Shown: one piece after another, positions 18,056-36,326 of the stretch
Layout: every line of letters starts with the position of its first letter
Position numbering within the stretch: position 1 is the stretch's first letter
Origin: the human T2T-CHM13v2.0 reference genome, Homo sapiens
DNA: 64,000 nucleotides
Strand: one strand, 5' to 3'
NCBI RefSeq assembly: GCF_009914755.1
Contig: NC_060943.1
Made by a program: the position numbers and the translations under genes
The notes under the pieces: generated by a model
Database searches by the model: none
The model's input: only the letters and a program-made list of their open reading frames with translations
What the model was told of the DNA's origin: nothing

Positions 18056-19396
18056 AGCTGAAAATTTAAACCACAGATGAGTATTCACTCCAGCCCCACC
18101 AGATAAACATCATAACACCCCAAGTCAATCATCTTTCACTGCCTTCTCTAGCCATTTTTTAACCAGCTTGGGAAGTCTACCCTGTTCTCTCCAGAAAGCC
18201 TTTTGTAATAAACATTCTTATAATACTTTGATGTAGAGTACCACCAATCCTGAAATCTAAACCAAACTTTGCACGGGGTTCCCTCCTGTTCCAGTGGAGT
18301 GGCGACAAGTGCAAATCAGTAAAAAAAAATGTTTTGGGGGTAAATACATGAGGTTTCTAGTTTCTTTAAAAAAAAAATCCATTGCTTATGTTCATTATTA
18401 AGGGGAAACTCATGAACACTGATTTTTTTCAAATTATTTCACGGAGTGCTCCAAGTACAAAAAAAGAAGTTGTGTTATTATTTCAGAAATTTCATTTACT
18501 AATAATTTTCATATGCTTACATTTGTTATTTTCCTCTCATGTAAAAGGCATGCAGAAATAAAGTTATGTAGAAAAAAAGGCATGTAGAAATATAACTGCA
18601 CAGTGCATATTCATGAACAGGAAGACAGGTTTCAGGGGGTCTGATATTGTCCCACTATGGCATGGCATTTTCATTATAGCCATAGAAGTCATCTAGGGCA
18701 GAGTGTGGAGAAAATATTTCAAGTGCAAATTATGAATATATACTTCTTAAATTGTATACTGTTTGAACATAACATGGATAGAAATTGTTATAGATGACAT
18801 TCAACCTTGAGAGTCTAATGATGTATTATAGTGTTTGATATTAAGTGTCCCAATGAGGTGGGATATGCTTGGGTTGACGGAAGGCACACGATTCATTCAG
18901 GGTTACTAAAAATGATTATATTTTACTAATTAAGACATAAGAAGTATAATATATTCTAAATAAAATGGTATCAAATGCAATCTCAGGGGCCAAATGTGAA
19001 TCCCCTATAAGAACACTACTCTGGTTCTTTTGATGGAACTGTCCTCTATGGTAACCATTCTCTCTTCAGTTTCCAAAAATAAGACCTATCTATGTTCAAT
19101 AATCTGTGATATGCAACAGTAACTACCTTTCAAGAGAGGGTGACTATCATTCCCCCTCCATTTCTTTCTACCACATATGCAGTCTCTAGTAACCGACCAT
19201 TTCACTTCCATGAAAATCTCTCAATGTCCCACCCTACTCTTCTTGTTTCATGGTCATCTTGTACTGTAACCAATCTCTCCTATAATCGACAAAGGTCCCC
19301 AGTCACATCAACAATTCTAAGGGGTCCTGACCACATAAAGCATATATGTTAGACAATAGTTTTACCTCTCTTCTGGCACAAACCCCCATGCTCTTA

Positions 19397-19804
<408 letters not shown>

Positions 19805-20130
19805 TTACATCCATTCCTTGAGACAATCATGATAAATGAAAAGCATGCCATGAAGATTTAACAGCAACAGATTTCATACTTTTAAAAATATGAAATAACT
19901 GAATAAAAAATTTTTAACACTGAAGTTACATCTTTCCACAGATGTCCTTGCTCCTCTGACACACACCATGAGTTTGTGACTTTTTAAAATTGTCTGTGAA
20001 TTTAACATCAATCACTTAATCTTCAAGAAGGAAAAAAGACTTAGTTCCCTCTAGCCTGAATTTTTGTATGACAAAATGCTTGCATATAAGGATGAATTTC
20101 CATTGAGAAATTTAAAATAATTTACCACCT

Positions 20131-20486
20131 TCACTTGTAATGCTTCTCTCCAATATGAATGGTGTATCCTGAAGTCAGAACATTGCTTAAAGGACTTGCC
20201 ACATTTGTATGGTTTCCATTCTGAATGTCTTCTGTTATAACCATAATAGGGTAAATATTTTTATAAAGCTGTTCACATTCATTATATTTGTAAGGCTTCT
20301 CTACAGTAAGAATTCTATGATGTTCCACAAGGCTTGAACTTTGGATAAGCCTTGCCATACATGTTATCTTTGTGTGGTTTATCTCAAAGATGTATATTCT
20401 GGTATCAAGTGAGACATAAGCCATAGCTAAAGGCTTTACCACATTTTCGTTTTATATGGTTTCTTTTCACAATGGAGCCCCTGATG
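20131..20486 (-). other. Decayed C2H2 finger repeats downstream of the ZNF677 stop
   Basis: Remnants such as [24 protein letters not shown] and HIGEKHYK. Confidence 0.8.
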
Positions 20487-22072
20487 CTAGGTACAGCTTG
20501 AATACTTAATTTTTGTCTCATTATATTTGATATGTTTTTCTCTATTATAACTTTTTTGATGATCTCCAAGGTTTGAACTTTGGAATAAAGCATTACCATG
20601 TATATTATGTTTACAATGTTTCTTTTCAATGTGTATTTTCTGGTGTCTAGTGAGGTTTGCAAATTGGGTAAAAGCTTTGCCACATTCAGTACATTTGTAA
20701 GGTTTCTCTCCAGTATGGATTTTCTTATGCTGAGTAAGATTTGAACGTTCAGTAAAGGCTTTGCCACATTCAGTACATTTGTAAGGTTTCTCTCCAGTAT
20801 GAGTTCTCTGATGACCCCAAAGGTGTGAACGTTTGATAAAAGCTTTATCACATTTATTACATTTGTAAGGTTTTTCTCCAGTGTGAATTCTCTGATGTTC
20901 CACAAGACTTGAACTTTGGATAAAAGCCCTGCCACACACATTACATTTGTGTGGTTTCTCTCCAGGATGTATATTCTGATGCCTAGTGAGATGTGAGCAC
21001 TGCTTAAAAGCTTTGCCACACTCATTACATATGTAAGGCTTCTCTCCAGTATGGATTCTCTTATGTTGGGTAAGGCTTGAACGCTCAGCAAAGGCTTTGT
21101 CACATTCATTACATTTGTAAGGTTTCTCTCCAGTATGAATTCTTTCATGACCCCAAAGGTGTGAACGCTGGATAAATGCCTTACCACATTCATTACATTT
21201 GTAAGGTTTCTCTCCAGTATGCATCCTCTGATGACTTGCAAGATTTGAATTTTGACTACAGACCTTGCCACATATATTACATTGATATGGTTTCTCTCCT
21301 GTATGGACTCTCTGATGCCTAGTGAGGTTTGAACACTGGTTAAAGGCTTTGCCACACTCGTTACATTTGTAAGGTCTCTGTCCAGAGTGAATTCTCTGAT
21401 GATTAGTGAGGTTCGAACTTTTGCTAAAAGCCTTTCCACAGTCATTACATTTGTATGATTTTTCTCTAATGTGTGTTCTCCCATACTGTGTATGTAATAA
21501 AGGGTATTTCAAAATCTTCCTATATTTATTACAAATGTTTTTGACACAAGGAGGAAGTGGTGAAACTGAGGAACTATTGATAGACTTCTCAACTGGATTA
21601 CATTCATACATTTTCTCCCCAGTTTGAAATCTCTGTAGTTCAGCCAGCTGTGCCTGTAAGCTTAATCCAATTTTATTTTCAAAACACTTCACGTATTTGT
21701 TTCCGGCATACCTTATGTTATTTTTCAGTTTTAACAAATTCCTTATAAATGGCTTGTCATGGATGAAATACTGGTGTGCACTATCTCTTATAGAAACACT
21801 CTGCTTTAAAGAGAAATGTATTGAGGATTTATTATGTTGTTGATCTTTTCTGTGAGTGAGATTTTTGTTACAGGTCAAAGGCATTCCTTTGTAATTTTTT
21901 ACATCATAGTCCCACAGGCTGTCAAACTTAGGCATATTTTCCCAGACTTCCTTGAGGTCAAAATTGTTGATGCCATGGCTTTCCTTTCTTTCTAATATCA
22001 CCAGATGGTATAATTCCTCTTTATTATTTTCCTTTGGTGATAATCCCTTGCTTGTAAATCCAACAGAAATAT
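20487..22072 (-). CDS. ZNF677: KRAB zinc finger protein, last coding exon (spacer, 10 intact C2H2 fingers and degenerate fingers)
   Basis: Acceptor TCTTTCAG|ATATTTC at 22073/22072; ten CxxC-x12-HxxxH fingers with TGEKPY-type linkers; exon lengths 15+154+1586 = 1755 nt = 584 aa + stop. Confidence 0.95.
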
Positions 22073-23759
22073 CTGAAAGATATTAAAAAAACCACAGGCT
22101 TTCCATCAAATAGAGTTGCAAGGTAAATATTTTATTAAAATACATATTACAAGAAAGCTAAGATTTACAATGAACAGAGTTATGAAGCTTCTCAACTGTC
22201 TTTAAACGTTTAACAACACAAAGGGACTAGCTGTCCTCAATAAAGTAACACAGTAACAAAACATGTAACAAATTATTTTAAGCACAGTTTAAAACACCCT
22301 ATAGCTAAAACACTCATACTATGTAAATCCACATAAACTCTGAAAGAAGAGGTATTTTTCCACCACCACTCCAAGGAACACGTAAATTGGCATAGCTATA
22401 TGGTAGTCTCATATATGAAGATAAACAAATAGTAATGCATTATTTAGTACATAATTATTACACACAAAAGGTAAGGCACAGCTCAAGCTTATCTAATAAA
22501 AAATATTTAAAAATGACAATTCATAATTGCAAACAAAACACTGAAAGAAAAAATTCGGAAGAATTTAATAAAATTTTGAATATTTACAAATTGCAAATGT
22601 GAGTACTTGTTATAAAACTACTTACACCCATGTAGAATGTGCATTTTGCAGCATTAACAATTTGTGCATGGTGGTTCTATTGCATAATATATACTGAAAA
22701 ACCATCATCTGTAAATCATTACAAAAATAAATAAAACACTTTAGTAACCTGTGAAAATCTAACAGGCAAGTTAATGAACAACCACAATTACACAAAATTG
22801 TCAGTGAAATTCTAAAGAATTACTGCTTATGAACTACAGAAAAAACAGAAGGGACACACAATAGGAAAAATAATATGTTGAGAATCACTAAATTTTGAAA
22901 TATCAGCTTCAGGTAAATGCACATTACTATAAAGATGAAGAATTAGGAGGGGAGTCTGAAATAATTTCATGCCTGCAGTTATATGACAGCAGTATATAGA
23001 GAAACTCCCTGACTAGGAAATGTCATCTAGTTTTCCAGTTCTATGGCCAAAAAATACATATAATGAAAGCTGTGTGCTTTAACATTTTATTATGTAGAGT
23101 CAGAGAAATGTTGATATGAAAAAAAAAATTACAAAAAAGAAAATATGTAAGATATAATGAAGGCAAAGGTCAATCTCATAAGAAACATGACAGACACTTG
23201 ACATATCTTATTCATAAAGGTAACTTTTCAAAGCATACTAAATGCTATGCAAGTTACTAAGGTCTCTAACAGCACTAATTGATGTAAATCCTCTTGAGGT
23301 AAATTATCGCACCTTTTCATACCAAAACAAAGGGCTGAAGAGGTTTACATATCTATCCCTAACTCACAGAGAAAGCACATCTGAAAGCCAGAATCTGAAC
23401 CTGTGTGTGCGGGCTAAGATGCCATGTTCACAGCATTAAGCACCACTGGCCACCCAGGGCAGCACGGATTATAAATCACAGCAAATACGAGGAGTGTAGG
23501 AAGAAATGTTTCAAGGCAGATTATGGGACCTGAGCTGTGTCACCTATAGTGTGACAGCACCACTGCTCTCAGATAGCATTTAAGTCACCTTATCTTGTAC
23601 AAGTTGTTTAGACAGTGACCAGATCATGTTGCTGTCCTGAGTAAGCTGTCCTGTGTATAAGCAGGAGTCATTCTTTACACAGTGTGTGCAATGAAGGGAT
23701 GTTATTCTGTGCTAAAAAGAAATGAGCTGTCAAGCTATAAAAAGACATGGAAGAAATTT

Positions 23760-24060
23760 ATTTTATTTATCTATTTTTTGAGATGGAGTCTCGCTCTGTT
23801 GCCCAGGCTGGAGTGCAGTGGCATGGTCTCGGCTCATCACAACCTCTGCCTCCCAGGTTCACGCCATTCTCCTGCCTCAGCCTCCTGAGTAGCTGGAACT
23901 ACAGGTGCCCGCCACCACGCCCGGCTTATTTTCTGTATTTTTAGTAGAGACGGGGTTTCACCATGTTAGCCAGGATCGTCTTGATCTCCTGACCTCGTGA
24001 TCCGCCGGCCTCGGCCTCCCAAAGTGCTGGGATTACAGGCGTGAGCCACCACGCCCAGCC
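23760..24060 (-). mobile_element. Alu inserted in an L1MC fragment (about 23680-24510, +)
   Basis: Antisense Alu; L1 3' motifs continue on both sides. Confidence 0.85.
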
Positions 24061-25436
24061 CTAGAAATTGAAATGCATATTATTAAGTGAAAGAAGCCAA
24101 TCTGAAAAGGCCATATACTATATGGTTCCAACTATATGACATTCTGAAAAAGGCAAATCTATGGAGACAGTAAAGAGATCAGTGGTTGCCAGGTGCTGGG
24201 GGGAGGGAGAGATGAACAGACAGAGCACAGATTTTTTAGGGCAGTGTAATTATTCTGTAAGATACTATTATGGAGGATATATGTCTATTATATATTTGCC
24301 CAAACCCAAAGCATATACATAGAGTGAACCCCAACATCGACTATGGACTTTGGGTGATAATGATGTGTCAATGTAGGTTTATCAATTTTAACAAATGTAC
24401 CACTGTGATGGGGGATGGTGATAATGGGGGAAGACGCTGTGCACGTGTGGGGGAAGAGTATACAGGAAATCTAGTTTGCTGTGAACATAAAATTGCTAAA
24501 AAATAGAAAGTCTATTTTTAAAAAGTATAAGCTAAGAGTTGATATAAAGTTACAGGAAACAGAAGTAAAAGGAATAACTAATACTATCCTTTAACAAAGT
24601 TTTGGAGGTTATATATGTTTTGAGGAAACTAATACTCAGACATAAATACTCAAGGAAGAAATCTTCTGGTAAAACATATAAAACATCATGAAAGTATATG
24701 AAGCAGAAAAAAATATATATAATAAAACAATATTCATTCATCTCATGGCCCCACACACTGTAGATATAAAACAAAAAACACTAAGAGTATCATGAAAACA
24801 TGTAACTGCTGATTAAATACATACAAGTTCATTTATACCAATGACATTGGCAAAATGAAAGTGTCAGTGGCTTAACCAAATTATACTGAACTTTAAAAAT
24901 GTATGCCTAATTCAACTTTGTAAGCTCCCTCAATAAAGGCATAAAAATCATACTGAAGAAAAATGTACAACTGCACGTATGGGATGAATAATGTGGTATG
25001 AGCAACAGTTTGGTCAACATGTTCGCAGATATGAGGTTGAGAACTTGGAGAATGCTCTTCCCAGGAGAAACTCCTACACCTTGTACTGCTGGCTCCAAGA
25101 GGATGATCAGCATATATCTAACCAGCGTTGTCACACTGCCCTTGGGAGACACTGGAAACTCCACAGAAACCAGAAGGTCAGAAGCACTTATCCCTCCGGC
25201 TGTCCTGATTCTCTCTCAGCATACTGGGACATGCAGGCTACTCTACTCAGTGGCTTCAAGAGGCACCTCTATGTAGCAGAATGATACTGTGACAGATTAA
25301 TTAATGTTCTCTTTCAAGAATGTTCTGTCACCAAGGAAACCTCTTCCATGGGAGAGTCCACCAAAAGTTGTCCATCGCCTATTGGTGGGTTATCACAGCA
25401 GAAAGAGAGGAAATTTCAGACTCTAGGAATGTGTAC

Positions 25437-25735
25437 TTTTCTTTTTCTTTTTTTTTTTTCGAGATGGAGTTTCGCTCTTGTTGCCCAGGCTGGAGTGATC
25501 TCGGCTCACCACAACCTCTGCCTCTCGGGTTCAAGCAACTCTCCTGCCTCAGCCTCCCGAGCAGCTGGTATTACAGGCATGCGCCAACACACCCGGCTAA
25601 TTTTTGTATTTTTAGTAGAGACGGGGTTTTTCCATGTTAGTCAGGCTGGTCTCGAACTCCCGACCTCAGGTGATCTGCCCACCTCGGCCTCCCAAAGTGC
25701 TGGGATTATAGGCGTGAGGCACCACGCCCATCCGG
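25437..25735 (-). mobile_element. Alu
   Basis: Antisense dimer; TSD GGAATGTGTA. Confidence 0.9.
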
Positions 25736-26637
25736 AATGTGTATTTCAAAAGCAACTTTCAGAGGCAAATCTTAGAAGAATATGGAATCAGGAAGACTAA
25801 GGTCTCCCTAAGTTCCCGGATAGAGTAGAAAGCTAGAAAAGGGAGAGAAATAAAAGGTACGGGAGTAAAATAAAAGGGTCGGATTTTGTAGGATTCTAAG
25901 GAAGAGGCAGTGTGCTCTGTCCACAGGCTGCAAGGTGAGAACCTAAAAGAATGAGATATATTCCCATTTTGGAATGGCAATCAAAAAGAGGATCTCTCTG
26001 TCAAGTCTTTACATTAATGCTGAGTAACAATCTCAAAAGCCTGCCCATTCCCCTTTAGACACATGTGGCAAAAGCAGAACTGAAGGAATGGCCAAGGGGC
26101 TTGAACAAGTAGAGAGACCGACAGTCTTTCAAATTTCAGGGAACCCCAGATACATTTTGGGGGAGCCACTGTTTTCCCATTTTCCTGAAAAGTTCTTGCA
26201 GGTATAAGAAATAGGAATAGAAATTGAATAGGTTCTGGAGCCAGGGCTACAAAGGCCCCAGCTCTGATCTGTATAGACTGAAAACCACACATCAGATGAA
26301 ATTATATACACAAAAAGAGAGTCCTTAAAAACAGCCATTTCGGTCCCTCTCAAAACCAAGAGACCAAAATGGTCAGAGGGGCCAAACAGTATTGTAGGTC
26401 ATGATGGCACCTTTGCTTTTGTGTCTGTATGAGTTGGGGCATCACGGGAGAGTGGGAGTTCAACCTTTTACACATTTGAATAACAGTATGTTGGGGGACA
26501 GTAGGAGGGGGCGTGGACCTTGCTTTGAGAGCTCATAAGAAATAAACTTTTGTTTTCCCACTGATCTTTCCCATTTGCAGAGTTTCCCAAACAATACTCA
26601 ATGGAGTAGCTTACTCTGTGGCCATCTGAGCGCTTAT

Positions 26638-26755
26638 TTGTGCTCACATTCCGACCTACCTGATTTTTTCCCTATTTTCACTTCACTTTCCATAGTCTAG
26701 GACTCTTTCCTGTGCTCCAAAATGAACATAATATTCAGCTCAGGAAAGATTTCAA
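26638..26755 (-). pseudogene. Fossil KRAB-B exon in a ZNF677 intron
   Basis: Acceptor CTTTATAAG|; phase-1 translation (V)EIFPELNIMFILEHRKES*TMESEVKIGKK resembles KRAB-B (PDLxxISxLEQxKEPW) with TAG at 26699-26697 where W is expected; donor position reads ATAAG. Confidence 0.75.
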
Positions 26756-27209
26756 CTTATAAAGAAAAAAAGGAACATGGTATGCTGTGCTTTTCCTGGA
26801 TGCATTCCCAGCCCTTTGTTCAGCTACGAAGAGAGGACATTACACACGGGTCTGCAAACTATTTCCCAAAACAATTTCATAAATTAGCCAATGGACTGCC
26901 TTCTTCTGAATGCTTAGCGATTATTTTAAATATGCAGACTCTGAAAAAACTACTGAATCAAAGGCACAGGGATAAAACCATGATACCAGACACTTTAAAA
27001 CGTTTTCCATAAGGTTTTGTAAGTACTGATATTCTGGAACCACCACTTGTCAAACCTGATTATGCGCAGAACTTCTGAAGAAAGGGGAAGTTTAAAGTCT
27101 ATATGCTACATTATGAAGCCTTTCCACTCTCAATCAAAAAGTTTCAATCTCCCCTTTTAGAACAGGGATCGGATTCAGACAAGCACATCAGGGCCTCCCA
27201 AGAGACTCA

Positions 27210-27416
<207 letters not shown>

Positions 27417-27579
27417 TCACCAAGTGGACACAGGAAAATTTCTTATTTTCACACAAAATGGCAGAAAAGAGGTGTACATATTCACTGATTTATGTGAGTT
27501 AATGCAAGCAACTTATATATCCCTAATTTTATTTTTTTTAAACTGAGATGAAATTACATAACATAAAATTAGCTATTTG

Positions 27580-27880
27580 AGGCTGGGTGCAGTGGCTCAC
27601 ACCTGTAATTTCAGCACCTTGAGAGGCTGAGGTGGGAGGACTGCTTGAGCTCAGGAGTTTGAAACAGTCTGGACAATGAAGTGAGACTCCACCTCTACTA
27701 AAAAATTTAAAAAATTAGCTGGGCACACTGGAATGGGCCTGTAGTCCCAGCTACTCAGAAGGCTGAGGTGGGAGGATCACTTGCACCTGGGAGGTGGAGA
27801 CTGCAGTGGGCAGTGATCATGTCACTGCACCCCAGTCAGGGAGACAGAGCAAGACTTCACCTCAAAATAAAACAAATAAA
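27580..27880 (+). mobile_element. Alu (AluJ-like)
   Basis: Diverged dimer; TSD resembling AAATTAGC(T/C)ATTT. Confidence 0.85.
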
Positions 27881-28029
27881 TTAGCCATTTTAAAGTACAA
27901 TTCAGTGGCATTTAGTACATTCACAAAGTTATACACCACCACCTCTGTCTAGTTCAAAAACATTTTTATCAACTCCAAAAGAAATGCCGTACCCATTAAG
28001 CAGTCACTCCCCATGTGACTTTAACATGA

Positions 28030-30550
<2,521 letters not shown>

Positions 30551-30569
30551 TTAAAATTCATTTAAAACT

Positions 30570-32790
30570 GAATTTTTCAGTTTTCCTTTTATTGATTTCC
30601 AATTTCACTCGATTGTGGTGTGAGAATAGTTTTATAAGTTGTAGCTTTTTAAAATGTATTGAGACTTGTTCTGTGGCCTGACATGTGGTCCATCCTGGAG
30701 AATATGCTATGTGCACTAGACAAGAGTGCAGATTCTGTTTTTGCTGGGTGCAGTTTTCTTTCCGTGCTTGTTTGGTGTAGTTTACAGCAGCAGTGTCCAA
30801 CCTTTTGGCTTCCCTGGGCCACACTGGAAGAGGAAGAATTGTTTTGGGCCACACATAAAATACTCTAACACTAATGACAGCTGATGACCTTAAAAAAAAA
30901 AAAAATCACAAAAAAATCTCATGTTTTAAGAAAGTTTAAAAATTTGTGTTGTGTCACATTCAAAGCCATCCTGAGCCACATGCAGTCTGTGGTCCGTGGG
31001 TTAGATAATCTTGGTTTAAAGTGTTGCTCAAGCCCTTTATTTCCTTACTAATCTTCTGTCTGGCTGTTCTATCCATTATTAAACAGAGAGCATAGAATTC
31101 TCCAACTATTATAGCAGGACTGTATCTCCTTGTAATTTTTGTTCCAAAATATTTGGGGTGTTGATATTTGATCCATATTTTTTATAGCAGTTACATGTTC
31201 TTGATGGATTAACCCCAATATTTACTGTCCTTCAACATCTCTGGTATCAATTTTTGACTTAAAGTTTATTTGGTCTGCTATCTATGTAGCTATCCAGCTA
31301 GGTTTAATATTTGCATGAAATACCTTTTTACATCCTTTTATTATACTTTCCAGGCTATTTGTGTTTAGCTCTAAAGGAAGTCTTTTATAAACATTATATA
31401 GTGAAATCATAGTTTTAAAAAATTATTCCTCCAATAAGTGCCTTTTAAAGGAGAATTTAATCCACTTACATTTAAAGTAACTACTGATAAAAGAACCACT
31501 TTTACCATTTTGCTACTTGTTTTTCACATGCCTATCTTTTTTGTTTTGTAATTATTCCCTTACTTGCTTCTTTGTGTGTATAAGTTTGTGTGTGTATATC
31601 ATTTCGGTTCCCTTCTTTACATTTTTGTTATTTTCTTAACGGTTGCCCTGGGAATTAAAATTTCCATCAGAAGCTGATAATAATTAAGTTTCAATCGATG
31701 CTAAGTTGGCTTCAATTGCATAACAACTTCTGTTTCTATATAGCTCTGGCTGGTTCTCTTTATAATGTCAAAAATTACTTCTCTATGCATTTTATAGCCA
31801 GTAACAGATTTACAATTACTGTTTTATACATTTTTAAATCATATAGAAAAAAAGTTTTTAAAAAACCAGTAATATTGGCTTTTGTATTTGTACCTACGTA
31901 GGTGTTTTACCTGTATTAATTTGTTTTTATGGCTTTAAGGTACTGCTGGTGTCCTTTTACTTCAGCCTAAAAGACTTTGCTTAACATTTCATGCAGGGTA
32001 AGTCCACTAATGCAAACTCCCTCAGCTCTTGTTTATCTGGGGATCTCAATTTCACTGTCAATTCTGAAGGATAATTTGCCTGATACTGAATTCCTGCTGG
32101 ATAGTTCTTTCATTTCAAACTTTGAATATGTCATTCCACTAATGTCTAGCCTCCATAGTTTCTGATGAGAATTTGGCTCTTAATCTTTTTGAGGATCACT
32201 GTACATGACAAATTATTTCTATGTTGCTACTATCATGATTCTCTTTTCCTTCCACAGTTTGATTAAGTGTCTTGCTGTGGATCTCTATAAGTTTATCACA
32301 ATTAAAGTTCACTGAGTTTCCTAGGTATACAGATTCATGTTCTTTATATATTTGGGAGGTTTCAGTTCTTATTTCTTCAACTATTCTTTCTGCCTTTTGC
32401 TTTCTCCTTTTCTTGGAAAATTCTTATTAAGCATACATACATATGCTTCATGGTGTCCCAAAGCTTTCTTATATTGTATTTTTCTTCCCTTTCTTCTGCT
32501 CAGATTAAATAATTTCAATTAACCTAAAGTTTAGGTTAGCTGATTCTGTATTCTGTCACTCTACTCTTGAAACTTTATAGTTGAAATTTTCACGTTATAC
32601 TTTTCAGCTCCAAAACTTCTATTTCACTTCTTTTTAATAATTTCTATGTTTTTACTGATATTCGTTGAAACACTGTTGTCCTACTTTCCTTTAGTTCTTT
32701 GTCCACCGTTTACTTCAGCTCTCTAAGCATGGTTAAGATAGCTGATTTAAAGTATTTTTTAGTAAGTGTAATGTCTGAGCTTCCTCAGAA
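30570..32790 (-). mobile_element. Old L1 fragment (antisense) containing a MER30-like element (about 30789-31013)
   Basis: EN-domain remnant (HSIFSRMDHMSGHRTSLNTF in ORF 30649..30852); GTGTCCAACCTTTTGGCTTCCCTGGGCCACA MER30 motif. Confidence 0.75.
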
Positions 32791-33350
32791 GCATCATTAA
32801 GCCAGTAATCATGCTTCAAATTGCCCAACCTGGAGGAATCCTCACACAGCTGTAGTACAGTTGGCCTGCTCAGAGGCAGCCAATGCGGATTCTTTATAAC
32901 GGAGAAAAACTGTAAACAACCAATGTGTCTTCAGTAAGACAATGCTCCAATGAGAAAGTAAAAACTCAAGTTGTCTCTGTTTACCAGCAAAAAACCAAAA
33001 CAAAGACATACAGTATACAAATATACAATTTTGCAAAACAGAATATCACAACAAAATATTCACTAAACATTTTCTAAAATTAAATTATGATTTTTACGAC
33101 TTCTCTTCCATTGAAAAGAATGAACAGTAGTTCCTGATGGAGATAGTGGGTGATGGTGGACTGGACAACATAATGTTTTACTTTTTAGTCCCTAAGCATC
33201 ACTGCATGACATTTTATCATAAAAAATATATATATCATGTGATGTTTACTACAAAAGAAATGTAGTATTTAATAAGTAGTGTAATCAGAATTTGGCTCCT
33301 GCCTCTCTGATGACAGAAAGTTCTGCTCACAGGTCTTAGCTATATTATAG

Positions 33351-34330
<980 letters not shown>

Positions 34331-35040
34331 TACATTACAGACATTTTTATCTAAACACCCACTGCATGAGAATTCCCAAATGAACAGGAGAGTCTTCATG
34401 AGATGGATGCACTGTGAAGAATTTAAAGAACCTCCTGCTGTTAAGACAACTATGTTGATTTAATATTTTAAAACCAATCATGAAAAAAGACTACCTTCTC
34501 CATCCCCAATGTCTACTTCTGAACTTCCCATTCTATTTCAAATTAATATTTTAGAGCCAGAAACACACTGATTCAATTGTTTAGCTACAAATGTATTATA
34601 AACTCAAGCTAAGCAAGTTTCCCCCATCAGTCTTCTTTTTCAAAGTTTTCCAGGTATTTGTGCACATTAATATATCACTTCCATATGCAGCTTCTTTAAT
34701 CCTGGTTTATAAAGAGATGAAAGGGTATCCAAATGAAGTCTCTAAACAGTCACTACCACCCAACCTCACTGACACCATGGAGCCTGCCCCCCATACCCAA
34801 TCCATGCCTAGGCATAAAACCCTTTCCAGAACAATCATCTAAACGGAGCCTTTTCCAAAGTTCCGTGTTACCGGGTCACAGTGAGATGGAATCTATGTGG
34901 AGATGGAATTGAGGGAAAGCCCTGGGTGTGAATATACATATTAGTCAGGACACTTCAGAGTCAGATAAAATTAGCAAGTCCAAAATACGGCATTTCAGGA
35001 AGGAGAGGACAAAACAGTGAACCAAGAATATAACTTTTAC

Positions 35041-35055
35041 CTGAGAAAGAGCCAT
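35041..35055 (-). CDS. ZNF677: First coding segment MALSQ (exon 35041-35110)
   Basis: CATACAG|ACTGAC...GGGAATGGCTCTTTCTCAG|GTAAAA; purine-rich leader typical of this KRAB-ZNF clade; phase 0 into the KRAB-A exon. Confidence 0.9.
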
Positions 35056-36326
35056 TCCCTCCTCTTCTTTCTTTCCTCTTCCTCTGAGTTTCTTTCTCAG
35101 GTAAGTCAGTCTGTATGTCAAAAATATGTTGTTTAATGCTTAAAATCAACACACCCCCTGCCTCTACCACACACACACAGGAAGAGGCTTGATATAGAAA
35201 AAAGATGGTCCTTAGCTTCCAATTGCAACAAGAGTGAAAATAAACTCATGAAAAAAATTAACTCCTAAACAGAGACTAAGGAGTTATTCCACCTATGTCT
35301 TCAAAAAGTTCTCCCTTCTTGCTGAAACCCACACATTCTGCATCAATTGCATTGTCCTTTGTCCACCTGACACTCAGCCAAGAAAAACTGTTGTGTCCAA
35401 GTTCATGGCCAGTATCCAATGACTGTCAGTCAATGCAGGATATAAAAGCCTAAAATTGGAACAGGTGAAGAGCCACCATAGCTCCACGAATCCCTGCTGT
35501 AGCCATACTAAGTAGTTTAGACTTTTGTCCCACAGGCAGGGGGAAAGCATAAAAAGATATAACGCCAGGAGATGACATAATAAAACTTAAGACTTACTTC
35601 TGATGTAGAGATAGGGAGAAAGAATAAAAAGCTGAGAGAGAAGCAGCTCTCCTATCTCTAACCCTATGCCCCGACCCCTTTCCTAGTAGTTTCCATCATT
35701 TTTGGAGGTCTCAGAGTCATTTAAGACTAACTGTAACTGGGCACCCTCTCTCAAAAAATTGCCACATGCAGACACATGCTCAATCCTGAAAATCATTTCA
35801 GGGATCCCATCGGCTCAGATTCAGAATTTCTGGTATACCCATCATCTCCACGTTACAGGTGGGCACACTGAGCCTCAGAGAGAGGAGATATTTCACCAAG
35901 TTACCTGGAAAAGGTCTGAGTTGAGTGAGCAGAACTCAGTTGTAAATGAATGTTGAAATGGTGGCCTGGATAGGGCAGTAGCAAAGGTTTGTCCTTATTT
36001 CCAGATCACCATTCACATTCCTGAGTAGAAACTTCTATTTCATGGGTTTAATTGATCCCAAGGATTTAACTCTTTTCCAGAAAAATATTCAAAAACATGA
36101 AATTACAAATAGCTATTACTCTTGGAAAGCATGAAAGGGGGTCAGCTGTGGAGATTAGTGCTGAGTAATCTCTTCATTATGAACAGACGGGCTCTGTTGG
36201 AACAAAATTCCACACCAATCCAGGCCATTCTTCAACATCTTGCAGAGAAAGGACAAAGGGGACCTGGAGGAACATCTACTTAGTGGGAGGCTTTTAGATG
36301 ACATAAGGGAGTAAAGAAACTGAATA

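Noticed and set aside
20405-21484. 359-aa ATG-initiated alternative-frame ORF overlapping the zinc-finger exon
   Set aside because: Shifted-frame ORFs with (T/I)LERNLTNV repeats are a routine by-product of C2H2 array codon usage; there is no independent evidence of translation.
24907-25284. Overlapping 85-97-aa ORFs in a ZNF677 intron
   Set aside because: No domain similarity or convincing splice context.
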